From: the human T2T-CHM13v2.0 reference genome, Homo sapiens
NCBI RefSeq assembly: GCF_009914755.1
Contig: NC_060940.1
Strand: one strand, 5' to 3'
Length of the DNA: 64,000 bases
The number at the start of each line of letters is the position of its first letter. Within the stretch, counting starts at the first letter, position 1. The notes under the pieces were generated by a model, which did not search any database, was not told the origin of the DNA, and saw only the letters and a program-made list of their open reading frames with translations. The position numbers and the translations under genes are program-made. Below are positions 44,181 to 58,987 of this stretch, in pieces.

Positions 44181-46301
44181 GTGAGTGTTGATTGAAATGT
44201 GTCATTGTTTTTGTGCCCAAGTCTGGTATTTGCATGCAGTGGCTGGATTTGCATGTGCTACAGAGGAGGGGGTATGCACGGGCATTTTCTGGTAGGCCCA
44301 CTCATTATCTTTGGAACTACACTTTGACTAAAAGACTCTGCTTTTTAAACTTAACCACACTCAGGCTCTTACACTTGTGCTTATGATTTTATTCTTGAAT
44401 GAAAGGGAAGTGTTTACTTAGATTTATTAGACCAAAGCAGAAAGAGGTTTCGTATCTATGAATTCTATATGGTTTGGGTTGCTCAGTAAATTTGGTTGCT
44501 GATCAGGTATGTAAGCCTACTCATTCCTGGTCAAGTACTCTTAACTTTTGATGTGAATGAAATCAGGAAATTTTGTCCGTTTTTCAGAGGCAACCCAGAA
44601 TATTTATCCCTAGCCTCCCCTGTGGGCCCATGTTTGCACTTCCGGTAGTCCTCTGGGGCTCTACTTGGAAGAAAGCTGTAGTACTAGAGCCAGTGTCTGT
44701 GTCTAGGCTTAGGCTTCTAGACTCAGCAGCCAAGGAGGAACGAAGCTGTTCCTTGCTGTCATGTTGGCTCCTTTCTTCAAATACTATGAAAGCCACTTAA
44801 GAAAATATATGATAGAAATTATAAATACACAGATTATACCTTCCTAAATGCCATTTGAATTTTATTTTAAAATGAATCTGGATTTGGAAGGGGCCTTGGA
44901 AATCATGTTCACTACCCAAACCTTTATATTTAGGTTTCTGCAGCTTCCTGATGACCTATCAGACAAGATACCAAAACCCTAACTTCTCCCAGAACTGGGC
45001 CTACCCTGGTCTCACATCATTCTTGTCCAACCATGAGAGGAGTGGTGACTTAATTCCTGCATTGAATGTATATAAAACTCTCAGGAGAGTTATAACCAGA
45101 GGATTTAAAATAATTTCCTCATATTAGGGGTGAGAAAATAAGTTGCAGAAGGATTAGTTAAGTCACCTGAGTCACATCACAGCCAAACCAAGGCTAAAGC
45201 TTACTTCTTCCAGTGTTAAGCCCAGTGTGCTTCCCATGTGTGAAGCAACAAGTTGGTCACTAATGATCTTGGTAAGAAGGAAGTATTATGTGGAGTGAAG
45301 GGATCGATGGATGACTGAGTAAATAAGAGGTGAGAACATAGAAGAAACAGCAGTGTAGACAACTCCTTTAAGATGTTAAGCCATGAAAGAAAGAATTAGA
45401 TACAGAGGGGAACATGGGGTTGAGTGTTTTTATTTGCTTGCTTGCTTCTTTGAGATAGAGAGATTTGCACTTTTTTTTTTTTTTTTTTTTTTTGAGATGG
45501 AGTCTTGCTCTGCCACCCAGGCTGGAGTGCAGTGGTGCGATCTCCGCTCACTGCACGCTCCGCCTCCCAGGTTGACGCCATTCTCCTGCCTTAGCCTCCC
45601 GAGTAGCTGGGACTACAAGGCGCCTGCCACCACGCCCGGCTAATTTTTTGTATTTTTAGTAGAGATGGGGTTTCACTGTGTTAGCCAGGATGGTCTCGAT
45701 GTCCTGACCTCGTGATCCGCCCACCTTGGCCTCCCAAAGTGCTGGGATGACAGGCATGAGCCACCGCGCTGGCCCAGATTTACACATATTAAGTGCTGAT
45801 GAGAAGGATCTGGGGAGACAAGTTGATAGAGACAAAGAAGTGAAGAAAATTGATGCCGCAAGGTGTTGAAGAGGTTCCAGAGCACAGGTAGTGGAATGGG
45901 TCCTGTGGATTTTTGGGTCTGGAGCTCAGGTTTGGCCCTTAGAGATAGATTTGGGAGTCAACAATGGACAAGATTATTCAGAGGAAAATGTACAAAATGA
46001 GCAAAATAGGGATAAAGGATTCTTCTGATAATTTTAAAATGCTTCTGAGTCTCACATCTTAAGCCAAATTGAGAGAAGTTGTTTATTTTTTTCACATTTC
46101 AGCTTTTGCTGATAGAAAAGAGTACATGCTGATACTTGAATATACTTTCAAGTACCTGTGTACTGTTTACTCAGCTGGAGATTTAATGTTTGTCTTTGTA
46201 GAATGTTTTCAGTTAAAAACATTTCCTAGAGGAAACATTGTTATGACGTTGATTATAGCATCACACATAGAAGAGGTTTTCTTTTTTTTTTTTCTTTTTG
46301 A

Positions 46302-46499
<198 letters not shown>

Positions 46500-47212
46500 T
46501 GAACGCCTGACCTCAAGCGATCCGCCAACCTTGGCCTCTCAAAGTGCTAGGATTACAGGTGTGAGCCACTACACCCGGCCAAGAAGAGGTTTCTTAAAAA
46601 GGAAGGAGTCTTAAGAGGACTGATTTTCCCCCTCAATCCGTTGGGTGGGGAAAAAAGGTATAATAATTTTTCTTTACTAGTATTAGAGCTAATGTTAAAA
46701 GTGAATCTCTGATCTATTGCTGGTGAAATTTTTTTATATTAAAAAAGTGAAGGATATCTTCAAATCGTGCATGTATTTTTAATCTGTTCAATGGTAGGAA
46801 GCTGTCTGGAATTCAGGGTGAAATTTGAGATAACTTAGTTAAAAATCTATCAGTCCACCCCATTGTATAAGGTAAAAAGAAGAAAAAAAATAATTAGGCT
46901 TGGATTCAGTAGGTCATGCCTGTAATCCCAACACTTTGGGAGGCCGAGGTAGGCAGATTGCTTGAGCCCAGGAGTTTGAGACCAGCCTGGGCAACATGGC
47001 GAAACCTTGTCTTTACAAAAAATACAAAAATTAGCTGGGCATGGTGGCTCATGCCTATAGTCCCAGCTACTCGGGAGGCTGAGGCAGGAGGCTCCCTTGA
47101 GCATGGGAGGTGAGGTTGCAGTGAGCCAAGATCACGCCACTGCACTCCAGCTTTCAAGATCATGCCACTGCACTCCAGCCTGGGCAACAGAGCAAGATCT
47201 AGTCTCTGTCTC

Positions 47213-47244
<32 letters not shown>

Positions 47245-47399
47245 CATGAAAGAGCTCAAGCTGGTTTTCTTGCTTACAGTACTTAAATATTCTTCCTGTG
47301 TTATAATTATGGTGGTAAGTTTTATTTTTGTTAATAGTATTAGCTAAGTGAGTATAATGGAGATCCCAGAGACATTTCCACATAGGAAATTTCTCTCAC

Positions 47400-47730
47400 A
47401 CCTCATGATAATTCAGAGATCAAGATTCCTTTCAATTTGTTGTTCCTCTTTCTCCTTAGGTTTTGTCAAAGCAGAGAAACCACTTAGTCATGACTGAGTC
47501 TTAGCCCGAGGAAGGGATGGGAAAAAGGGAGGAAGAAGGAGGCCAAGCAAGTGATGAGGAAGATACGTACATCGCTTTTGCTCACATTTCATTGAAGAAA
47601 ACGAATTGCATGGGCCATACCTAGCTACACTGGGGAAGCCAGGAAATATACTCTGTAGCTGGGTGTCAGTGTGACTAACTAAACCTCGATTACTGTGGAA
47701 GAATGAATTAAGATAATTAGCAGCCTACCA
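47400..47730. mobile_element. Degraded MLT1-type MaLR LTR
   Basis: ttgctcacatttcattg...catgggccatacctagctac...ggaagccaggaaat motif string. Confidence 0.45.
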
Positions 47731-48915
47731 TAGATACCTTCTAAATTTTCAGGAACTTATTTCTGTCTGTAGCTTGAAAAATCAAATGAATATTTTTTGG
47801 TTTTTCCCTTTTTTTTGTTTTATTTGGAGACAGGGTCTCACACTGTTGCCTAGGCTGGAGTGCAGTGGTGCACGATCATAGCTTACTGCATCCTGGAACT
47901 CCCTGGGCTCAAGTGATCCTCTTGTCTCAACCTCCCAAAGTGCTGGGATTACAAGCATGACCCACCACACCTGGCCAAATTAATCAGATTTTGATAAATC
48001 CAAATTAATTTCTCAACTCATGCCATAAATAGGTGAATTCAGGCCAGGCATGGTGGCTCATGCCTGTTATCCCAGCACTTTGGAAGGCCGAGGCAGACAG
48101 ATCACTTGAGTTCAGGAGTTTGAGACCAGCCTGGGCAACATGGCAAACCCTGTTTCTACCAAAAATTTAAGAAAAAATTGGCCAGGTTTGGTGCTGTGCA
48201 GGTTGCAGTGAGCCAAGATCGTGCCACTGCACTCCAGCCTGGGCGACAGAATGAGAGCCTCTCAAAAAAAAAAAAAAAAAAAGGTGAATTCAGTATTTTT
48301 TCCTGTATTTAGTTTAGATGGTGCTTTTTTTTTTTATTTTGAGACAGAGTCTCACTCTGTCACCCAGGCTGGAGTGCAGTGTGCGATCTTGGCTCACTGC
48401 AAGCTCTGCCTCATGGGTTCACTCCATTCTCCTGCCTCAGCCTCCTGAGTAGCTGGGACTACAGGTGCCTGCCGCCACGCCCAGCTAATTTTTTGTATTT
48501 TTAATAGAGACGGGGTTTCACCATGTTAGCCAGGATGGTCCCAATCTCCTGACCTCATGATCCGCCCGCCTCGGCCTCCCAAAGTGCTGGGATTACAGGC
48601 GTGAGCCACCACGCCCGGCCTAGATGGTGCTTTTATAATAATTGCATACATGTAGGCTTCATTTTTAAAATACATTTAGTCTTTATTTTATAAAAACAAC
48701 ATCTCGGCTGGGCACGGTGATTCATGCCTGTAATGCCAGCGCTTTAGGAGGCCGAGGCGAGGTAGAAGGATCAATTGAGGCCAGAAGTTCGAGACCAGCC
48801 TGGGCAACATAATAAGACCCTGTCTCTATCCTCCCCAAAAATAAATCAGCTGGACCAGGCGCGGTGGCTCACGCCTGTAATCCCAGCACTTTGGGAGGCT
48901 GAAGCGGGCAGATCA

Positions 48916-49238
<323 letters not shown>

Positions 49239-50468
49239 CTAGGAGTTCACGGCTGTAGTGAGCTATGATCACACCACTTCACTCCAGCCTGGGTGGCAGA
49301 CTAAGACACTGTCTCCTAAAATAATAATAGTAATAATAATAATAATAACACCTTCATAAAATTGTTTACCCAGGGGATGAATACCTTTAATCTTCAGGTT
49401 CAGGAAAAGAATAACATGACCAAACTTTGGTGAATGTTCATTGCAGCTTCAAGAGGAAATAACATATAAATGGAGTCTAAAAATACCCCGAAATCCTTTA
49501 CAAAATTGCAAATTAGAAAGGCCCGTTGGGATTTTGTGTATATGGCAGTGTGTATCTACTCCCTTCAAAGAGGGAGCACACTGGGTTACCCTGCCCCTCT
49601 CTACCTGGTTGTGAGGTTCCATACTATATACTTGTCAGTTCTAACTTTGAATTCTTAAGCATGGGAAATAGCTCTAAATAAGAGTCCTATTGGTACTCAA
49701 GCACCTCATTCTTGTGTGTAGAAATAGCATTCCAGTGGACTGCCAATTTGAACATTTCTTGAATACGAACTTTTTCTCTTACAGCAAACATTATTGATAG
49801 CTGTGACTCTACTTTTGTTGTGGTGGCACAGGCAAATTCAGGTGTTGGGGTAGTGGAAGTCACAGATGGTGGCTGCCAAAAGTGTGCCAGATCCTGTGAC
49901 CTACATAACCTGTTAGCACCCTTATTGAGGACTGTTCACTCTTGTTCTAGGCTTTTAATTCACTTTGCTCTTTAAAGGGAGGAAAATGAGGGCTGGGTGC
50001 GGTGACTCACGCCTGTAATCCCAGCATTTTGAGAGGCCGAGGTGGCCAGATCATGTGAGGTCAGGAGTTTGAGACCAACCTGGCCAACATGGCAGAAACC
50101 TCGTTTCTACCAAAAATACAAAAATTAGCTGGGTGGGAGGCAGCAGTTGCAGTGAGCCAAGACCACACCACTGCACTCTAGCCTGGGTGACAGAGTAAGA
50201 CTCTATCTCAAAAAAATTGGGGGGAAGAAAAATGATAAAATTGTACATTAGGGGCATAAACAATTCCTTATACTCTTATCTTAAATTGGTGAAAAAAATA
50301 GGAAACCACCTCACATACTTAGTGGACTAGAGTTTATTTTTCCTTTTTTTTTTTTTTAAGAGACAAATTGTCCCGGCCGGGCAGGGTGGCTCACGCCTGT
50401 AATCCCGGCACTTTGGGAGGTCGAGGCAGGTGGATCACGAGGTCAGGAGATCGACACCATCCTGGCTA

Positions 50469-50840
<372 letters not shown>

Positions 50841-50944
50841 TCAAGATGACTTGAAAAATTAAATTGCAAGCATTAGTATTTTTAACAACTTAAAAATTGT
50901 GCTTATCAAGATTGCTAATGACTTACATTTACATTACATCATAG

Positions 50945-51033
50945 ATTTGTTTACCAGTAATAATTTTGACTTGCTTCAGTTGAGACCTACGTTTTGGCCA
51001 GTCCCAGCAGGAAGATATCTGAGGAATCTAGAG
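50945..51033 (+). CDS. NFATC3: NFATC3 alternative cassette exon B, DLFTSNNFDLLQLRPTFWPVPAGRYLRNLE
   Basis: catag|ATTTGTTT...CTAGAG|gtgaga; 89 nt; stop supplied by the first 3 nt (TGA) of the last exon. Confidence 0.88.
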
Positions 51034-52037
51034 GTGAGAGCCTGAACCCAGAGCCCCCAGCCCGAGGGAGAAGTGAGGGAGAAGGAAAGCAGAGGACTTG
51101 CATGATTAACACTCGGCTCAAGTTATTGCTAAAGGTCTGTGAAAGCACTTTGTTGCAGTTCTGACTCCCTAGCCTAAAATTTATATTCAGTGCTCACCTG
51201 TAGCAATTACTTGAGCATGATTTTTGTTGTCATTGTTCCAAGTCCCCAAATTGTTTTAAAGATTCAGTTGGCAAGTAATTTTATTTAGTACTCAATATAT
51301 GTAAGCACTAGGGATTCAGGGGAAAACAAGATAGAGAAAGTCTGCCCCGTTGGAACTTAAATCTCCTGACTGCTGGTGAATTCATAAATAAGTGAATCCT
51401 GTAGTATAATGTATAGTTGAGTATAGTCCGCTTGAGCACTACTTTGTGGAAAATCTTCTGACTTTAACATAGTCTTAAAATCCTAAACTGTCAGGAACTT
51501 TCCAGGTTCCTTCAGCTAAGTAAGGTGAGGCACACCAGGCAAAGGAACAGCAGAGCTTTGGCAAGGGGGAGCAGAAATAACACAGCATTGAGCAGGCTTC
51601 CATTATAATCAATACCACATATCTACTTTAGAAAATGATGGTTTCATCCTTATATAAGTGTACTTGGTAAGTGGATGGACAGTGCCAGATATGGACCCTC
51701 ATCGTCAGGAAAATAGAAGCATTGACTTCTTATAAGATATAGAAGAACAACACCTCGGCTGGGTGCAGTGGGTCACGCCTGTAATCCTAGTACTTTAGGA
51801 GGCTGAGGCAGGAGGATCACTTGAGTCCAGGAGTTTGAGACTAGCTTGGGCAACATGGTGAGACCTCATCTCTGCAGAAAGAAAAAAAAAATCCAAAAAT
51901 TAGAAAGGCATAGGCGTAGTAGCACATGCCTGTAGGCCCAGCTACTCAGGAGGCTTAGGTGGGAAGATCAAGGCTGCAGTGAGCCGTGATTGTGCCACCT
52001 GCATTCCAGCCTGGGCAACAGAGTGAGACCCCATTGC

Positions 52038-52076
<39 letters not shown>

Positions 52077-53162
52077 GAAAAAAGAAAAAAAAGAGAGAAA
52101 ACACGTCATGTGGTTTTTGATGATAAAACACCATTTAAAATCCGTTTGTAGTTTTAAAACTTGAACAGTGAAATACAAATTGTTAAAAGTGTTTTTCATA
52201 GCAGCCTGGAACATCTTTGAAATTATTGCCTTTGGAAGTGATAAATGATAAGAAAAGATGATTTGATTGTGAGCCAGGTGCTTGCTTATATATTTGGCTT
52301 TTTGCCACTGCTGTAACGCCTGCCTAAAATACACACTGTGAAAATCAAATAACATGCATTAGTCTTAACATACTCTGGTCCCCTTCCTACCTACCACCTA
52401 ATGAACTTTCACTGTGCTTGTTCTAAATAGCTTCCAAGTGATTGTATTGAATTAGGGTCCATTTATTTAGTCATCAGGAATGGGTGTTTCCTCAGTGGCA
52501 AGGTTCTTGCCTTTTGGGAGTTCATAGCCTATTTGGGAGACATAATGATGATGCCTGATGATAATCTAATATGAAGAGGAGGCATGTTAGAAGTCACGCA
52601 CAGAGATTTGTGGGCCATCCTTGTGCTCCCTCTTAGCACAAGACTAGCTCGTAGAACCCCCAGAACCTGCACAGAAAACACTCTTCCTTATATTTTTTGT
52701 GACTTGAAATAACAGGTGCCAAGGGCTGCCTTGCGTTCTTATGCCCACTTTATATTCCCTCTCTATGTACTGTATAAGAGGTATTTCTCTTCTCCATTGT
52801 ACTGATGGGGAAACTGAAGAGAAAAATATATTCTTATGCAAAGCATCCTCACAACTTTTCATTTACAAAGAAACTATTCCAGTGAGTTATTTTTAGAAAG
52901 TCAGGAGTAAGTTTAGTTTATATTCCATTATTCTTTGCAGCATCCATTATGAATGGTTAATAAATCCTAGCCTGGCAAATTTACTTAAATATCATCTGAC
53001 AGGTCAGGCACAATGGCTCATGCCTGTAATCCCAGCACTGTGGGAGGATTGCTTGAGGCCAGGAGTTAGAGATCAGCTTTGGCAACATAGCAAGACCCTA
53101 TCTCTACAAAAAAAATTTTAAAATCAGCCAGGTGTGGTAGTGTGTGCCTATAGTCCCAGTTA

Positions 53163-53242
53163 TTAGGTTGGTGCAGAAGTAATCACGGTTCTTGCCATTA
53201 GAAGTAATGCCAAAAACCACAATTACTTTTATACCAACCAAA
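53163..53242. mobile_element. MADE1 (Hsmar1-derived 80-bp MITE) inserted in an Alu
   Basis: TA|ttaggttggtgc...ataccaaccaaa|TA; palindromic; 80 bp. Confidence 0.92.
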
Positions 53243-53425
53243 TACTTTGGAGGCTAAGGTGGGAGAATGGCTTGAGCCCAGGAGTTCAAGTTTGAACCAT
53301 GATTGCACCACTGCACTCCGGTCTGGGTAACAGAGCGAGACCCTGTCTCTTAAAAAACAAAACACCAGGCGTGGTGGCTCACACCTGTAATCCCAGCACT
53401 TTGGGAGGCTGAGGCAGGTGGATCA

Positions 53426-53677
<252 letters not shown>

Positions 53678-53931
53678 TTATTAATCTATACCTTAAAAAA
53701 TTGCTTATCACTGGCCAGGCGCGGGGGCTCATGCCTGTAATCCCAGCACTTCAGGAGGCCGAGGTGGGTGGATCATGAGGACAGGAGATCGAGACCGTCC
53801 TGGCTAACATGGTGAAACCCCGTCTCTACTAAAAATACAAAAAATTAGCCGGACACGGTGGCATGCACCAGTTTAAAAAAAAAAAAAAAAAAAAGCTTAT
53901 CACTTAGTAGTTATTAGCTCACCAGTATTGA

Positions 53932-54243
<312 letters not shown>

Positions 54244-54569
54244 TGAACTCCTGACCTTGTGATCCACCCGCCTTGGCCTCCCAGAGTGCTGGGTTTATAG
54301 GCATGAGCCACCGCGCCTGGCTTTTTTTTTTTTTTTTTTTTTTGAGATGGAGTCTTGCTCTGTCTCCCTGGCTGGGCTGCAGTGGCACAATCTCGGCTCA
54401 CTGCAACCTCCACATTCCAGGTTCAAGCAACTGAATTAGTAAATATTAGTTCCTTCTCCTTATAGCCATATGAGTTTGAGAAATTTTTGTTCCGAACTGT
54501 GTAAACCAGAAAAAGATTAGATGTTAATACTTGGAAGATTTTTAAAATCTTTTTGTTTTGGTCTGTTTT

Positions 54570-55425
54570 TGTTTATAACAGCTGTAATGAGATATAATTC
54601 ACATACCATAAAATTTATCCTTAAAAGTATACAACTCAGTGGTTTTTAGTATAGTCAGAGTTTTGCAACTATTACTAGTATCTATTTTTATATTGATTGA
54701 TTGATTGATTGATTTTTTGAGACAGAGTCTCACTCTTGTTTCCCAGGCTGGAGTGCATGGTGCAATCTCGGCTCACCGCAACCTCCGCCTCCCAGGTTCA
54801 AGTGATTCTCCTGCCTCACCCTCCCGAGTAGCTGGGATTACAGGCATGTGCCACCATGCCTGGCTAATTTTGTATTTTTAGTAGAGATGGTGTTTCTCCA
54901 TATTGGTCAGGCTGGTCTCAAACTCCCGACCTCAGGTGATCCGCCTGCCTCAGCCTCCCAAAATGCTGAGATTACAGGCATGAGCCACTGCGCCTGGCTA
55001 CTAATATCTAATTTTATAACTCCATTACTCTGAAAAGAAACTCCATACTCATTAGTAATTCCTCCCTGTTTCTCCCTCTCTACAACCTGTAATCTATTTT
55101 CTGTCTCTATGGATTGGCCTGTTCTGGACATTTCATATAAATGGAATCATATATGACCTTTTATTGTCTGGCCTATTTCACTTAGCAGACTGTTTTCAAG
55201 GCTCATCCATGTTGTAGCATGTATCAGAACTTCATTACATCTCAAGGCTGTATATTCCATTTTATGGATAGAGACAACTTACGTTTATCCATTCATCACT
55301 TGGTAGACATTTGGATTGTTTCCACTTTTTGGCTATTATTAATAATGCTGCTGTGAACATTTGAAAGTTTTTCATGTGGACATATGTTTTCACTTCTCTT
55401 GTAAATATGCCTAGGAGTGGAATTA
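54570..55425 (-). mobile_element. L1M 3' end fragment interrupted by an Alu
   Basis: gagatataattcacatacc, ttctggacatttcatataaatggaatcat, ttggattgtttccacttttt. Confidence 0.75.
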
Positions 55426-56097
55426 GCATAGACTCTTTAGTTGATAAGGCAAGGAATGAAATGATGTGAGAACTAAAGGTTCTTATTTGGGGGATTTGGG
55501 ATGTTCCCTTCTATGTTAGTTCTGTAAGATGGAAATTCTTTGCTCTGGACCTCACAGAGCACTGTACCTCCCTGAGATGCTTAGGACATCAGAGAAATTA
55601 ACAGAAAAGCTAGAGCCTCCAATCAGAAAAGATCACAAACAACAGAAATGCCCCCACATAATAAAGAGTGCTTGTATTAGGATACAGTAGCAAAATCACC
55701 CCCACATCACAGTGGTTTATTCTGACCAAAGCATTTATTTTCATTCCATTTACATAGGAGGTGGCATTGTAGAAAATAAAAACTTTCTCAAAGAGATATG
55801 AATTAAAGAAAAGTTAGAGTAAGGTGAATACTTATTTAAACATACCTTTAGAGTGAGGGTAAGCCCCCTTCCCAACCCAAAATGAACTGAATGAGAGAGA
55901 AAAAGAGGTCCAGAGTAGTTTGTGGAGCGATGTTTCCATCTCTAATGCCACTCAGCTCAGGAGCAGGCTTCAGACACTGCCTTTATCTTTACAGAAAGCC
56001 ATGGGAAGGGAAATGTCTGAGGTAGAGCTCAGCGTTGGGCATCATATGGCTAATCACTCAGAGGTCACTAATCACTCTCCCTTTTCTTGTTTTTCAG

Positions 56098-56219
56098 TGA
56101 ACGAGATAATTGGGAGAGACATGTCCCAGATTTCTGTTTCCCAAGGAGCAGGGGTGAGCAGGCAGGCTCCCCTCCCGAGTCCTGAGTCCCTGGATTTAGG
56201 AAGATCTGATGGGCTCTAA
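56098..56219 (+). CDS. NFATC3: NFATC3 last exon, coding part (canonical C-terminus)
   Basis: cttgtttttcag|TGAACGAG; completes the NFAT LDDVNEII motif; [11 protein letters not shown]...GRSDGL*; TAA at 56217-56219. Confidence 0.97.
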
Positions 56220-56645
56220 CAGTGCTTACTGCAGCCTTGTGTCCACCACCAACTTCTCAGCATGTTTCTCTCCTTGGACCTTGGGTTTCCAACTCTGCAG
56301 CCTTCAGGTCTGGGGCCAGGAGTGGGACCCACCATTTGTGGGGAAAGTAGCATTCCTCCACCTCAGGCCTTGGGTAGATTTGGCAAAAGAACAGGAGCAG
56401 CATAGGCTGTTTGAGCTTTGGGGAAATGAACTTTGCTTTTTATATTTAACTAGGATACTTTTATATGATGGGTGCTTTGAGTGTGAATGCAGCAGGCTCT
56501 CTTGTTTCCGAGGTGCTGCTTTTGCAGGTGACCTGGTTACTTAGCTAGGATTGGTGATTTGTACTGCTTTATGGTCATTTGAAGGGCCCTTTAGTTTTTA
56601 TGATAATTTTTAAAATAGGAACTTTTGATAAGACCTTCTAGAAGC

Positions 56646-56707
56646 AAAAAAAAAAAAAAAAAAAAAAAAAGAAAAAAAAAGAAAAGAAAAAAAGAAAAAG
56701 AAAAAAA
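56646..56707 (+). repeat. A-rich tract in the NFATC3 3'UTR
   Basis: ~A25 followed by GA(n) units; no adjacent Alu body. Confidence 0.95.
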
Positions 56708-58981
56708 TATCCCAAGCCCACACCTATGCCTCAGAAAGTCAGCATGTGTCCTGAAGACGTTCATAGATTTATAGGAAATAAAGCCAAATGTAGCTCATAC
56801 CTCTTTATAAAACTAAACTGTTGTTAGATAAAATGAGAAGAGACCATTCCATCATTGAAGTGTTGGAATATAAAAAGACATTCCAGAGCATAGCCTTTTG
56901 GTAACTTTCTAGGTAATCTTGCAATCTCTCCATACTGGCTCCATGTTGAAATTGCTTTTTCCCTCAGGACCCTGGGTAAGATGGCTACATTTAAGGTGAC
57001 TCTGAATGGTGGGGTTCTAGCTTGGTCACTTTCATTTCTTGCCATCATAAAAACTAGTAGGCTGTGGAGTGCGCTTCCTGTTTGTGTCATCTGGTCGTAG
57101 AACCTTTTCCAAACAGAAGCATCTGCCTTTGGCTGTTCTGTGACCTTTGAAGCCAGTCTCAGTGGTTTAGGCAGCTTTGCAGTTCTAACTCTAGCTAGAG
57201 GCCAGGCTGTGTGCAGAGCTAAAGCACAAATGAGCAGTACATCAGCATGGGCAGAGAAAATACAGGACTCCAGATGGGAAGGTTTTAAGAGTCACACTGG
57301 CATGGAAGGCTTATCTGCCATTCTATTTATAGCCTGAAATGATTCTGGCCTACCCTGTCCTGTCTGTATGATCTAAAAACCAGCCTTTTCCCCAGAAGGC
57401 TCTGAGCACATCCAGAAGTGATAACCTGACCCTCCACACCAAAGACACCCTGGTGCTGCTGCTGGTGAGACTGGTGTCCAAGGCAGGGCCCAGCAGAAAC
57501 TGCAGCCTGCTGTCTACCAAAGGAGGTACCCGAGTTGGGTACTTTAAAAAAAAAAAAAACCTGCCCTTACCCCTCTCCCTAATGGGATTTTTTTTACCTG
57601 TTCCTGGGCCCATTACAGAGCCTCTGAAGTTTGCAGTATGCTTTCAAATGAAATAATATACTTCCATTGATTCAGGAAGCAGATTTTTTGAGTGCCTATA
57701 TGTGAGACAGTGTGCTGGTTGAAGGCCTGATGCTGTTATTCCAGGAGACTGCAGGCCCTTGATGCCAGGACTCTCTCTACTAAGGCCAGTTCAGGTCTGG
57801 GAAAGGGAGCTGGCCTATTGCCCACCACCTGTTGTCAGTAGGTTAGGAGCTGTTGACTCAGGATGAGGAAGTATGGTCTTTAAAAAAAACAAAATATATT
57901 TTAGATTTCTCCCCTAAAGTTAGTTAGAGAAAAAGGTCTATTCTTCAGCAGATCACTGTGGCCCCTCTTGGAGCTGGGTGTTTTCAAATTTTCTTGAAAA
58001 GTGAGTTGTGTCACAGAATGTGGATAGTGAGATTTGCTTCTGGGCCTGTGGTTGGACGCCCACAGCTTCCTTTGGAGGGGCAAGAAGTTGGCCTCTCGGT
58101 TGACATTCCAGAGAAATGGCCAGACTTGCCCCTACCCTTTTGCCCCTGGTGTAGCTGCCTCACATGAGGTTATTGCAAGAGTTCCCCTTGCAATACCCTT
58201 TGTGCCCTCAAGAATTAAAAGCCTCTATGATCCAGAGTTGCTATGCACCAAATTTTGATGCCTTCTAAATACCTTGATGCCTGTAGCACTAGAAATGCTT
58301 TCCTATTTAAAATAAACATTAAATTTTAAAATAGAGCTTTGTATACTATGTAAGCAGTTTTATATCAGCTTTGTAAAAGCTTTGGTGTTAAGAGTCAATA
58401 TTTTTTGGCTTTGTAGATAAAGACTTAAATTTTTGTGCAACATAGTGGTGTTAAAGCACACATCCATTGGACTATGCAAATCAATTTCTACTAGCAGCAC
58501 TGAGCAACTGGGCACGTGCTAGTACGCACCCCCTCCTACTCTAACTGTGCTAGCTCTTGGGTTGAGGAATGGAATGGGTAGCCTTCTGCTTACTGGAGAT
58601 GCACAGAGAAACATGGCTGAAAACAGCTTTAAAAAGAACATGTCTTTGGGTTCATGTGTGGTGCTGCTGCCCGGGTGTAAACTATCCCCACCCAGGGCCA
58701 GCCATTATCACCAGACCTCTTCTGGGCCTGGCTGTGAAGCCCTGTTTTTGGTATTCAGAATGGATCTTTAAGGCTCAGATGGGCTCAAATTGAAACCTTG
58801 TGTTTTATAAAATGGATGTTTAGTAAAGGAACTGGTTCTCAGTTATGTTTACAGCACTTGGAATTGTGTGTTCTTGTACATTTTGTATTTTAAAACCTTT
58901 TATGGGAGTGCAGTGCTCCTTACACAAATACAAAGGGAAGAAGAGCCAGCAGTTGAGGCTCCTCAGTTTTAGTGCTGAAAT

Positions 58982-58987
58982 AATAAA
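58982..58987 (+). terminator. NFATC3: Distal NFATC3 polyadenylation signal AATAAA
   Basis: AATAAA with upstream TGTA elements (58875, 58884) and downstream tctgtctgagtgtt. Confidence 0.7.

Noticed and set aside
47128-47181. Short tandem duplication within an Alu (similar ones near 2285 and 38262)
   Set aside because: Ordinary slippage duplications with no functional implication
52596-52627. Weak resemblance to antisense U6 (atttgtgggccatccttgtgc)
   Set aside because: Only ~20 nt with mismatches; flanks do not extend the match
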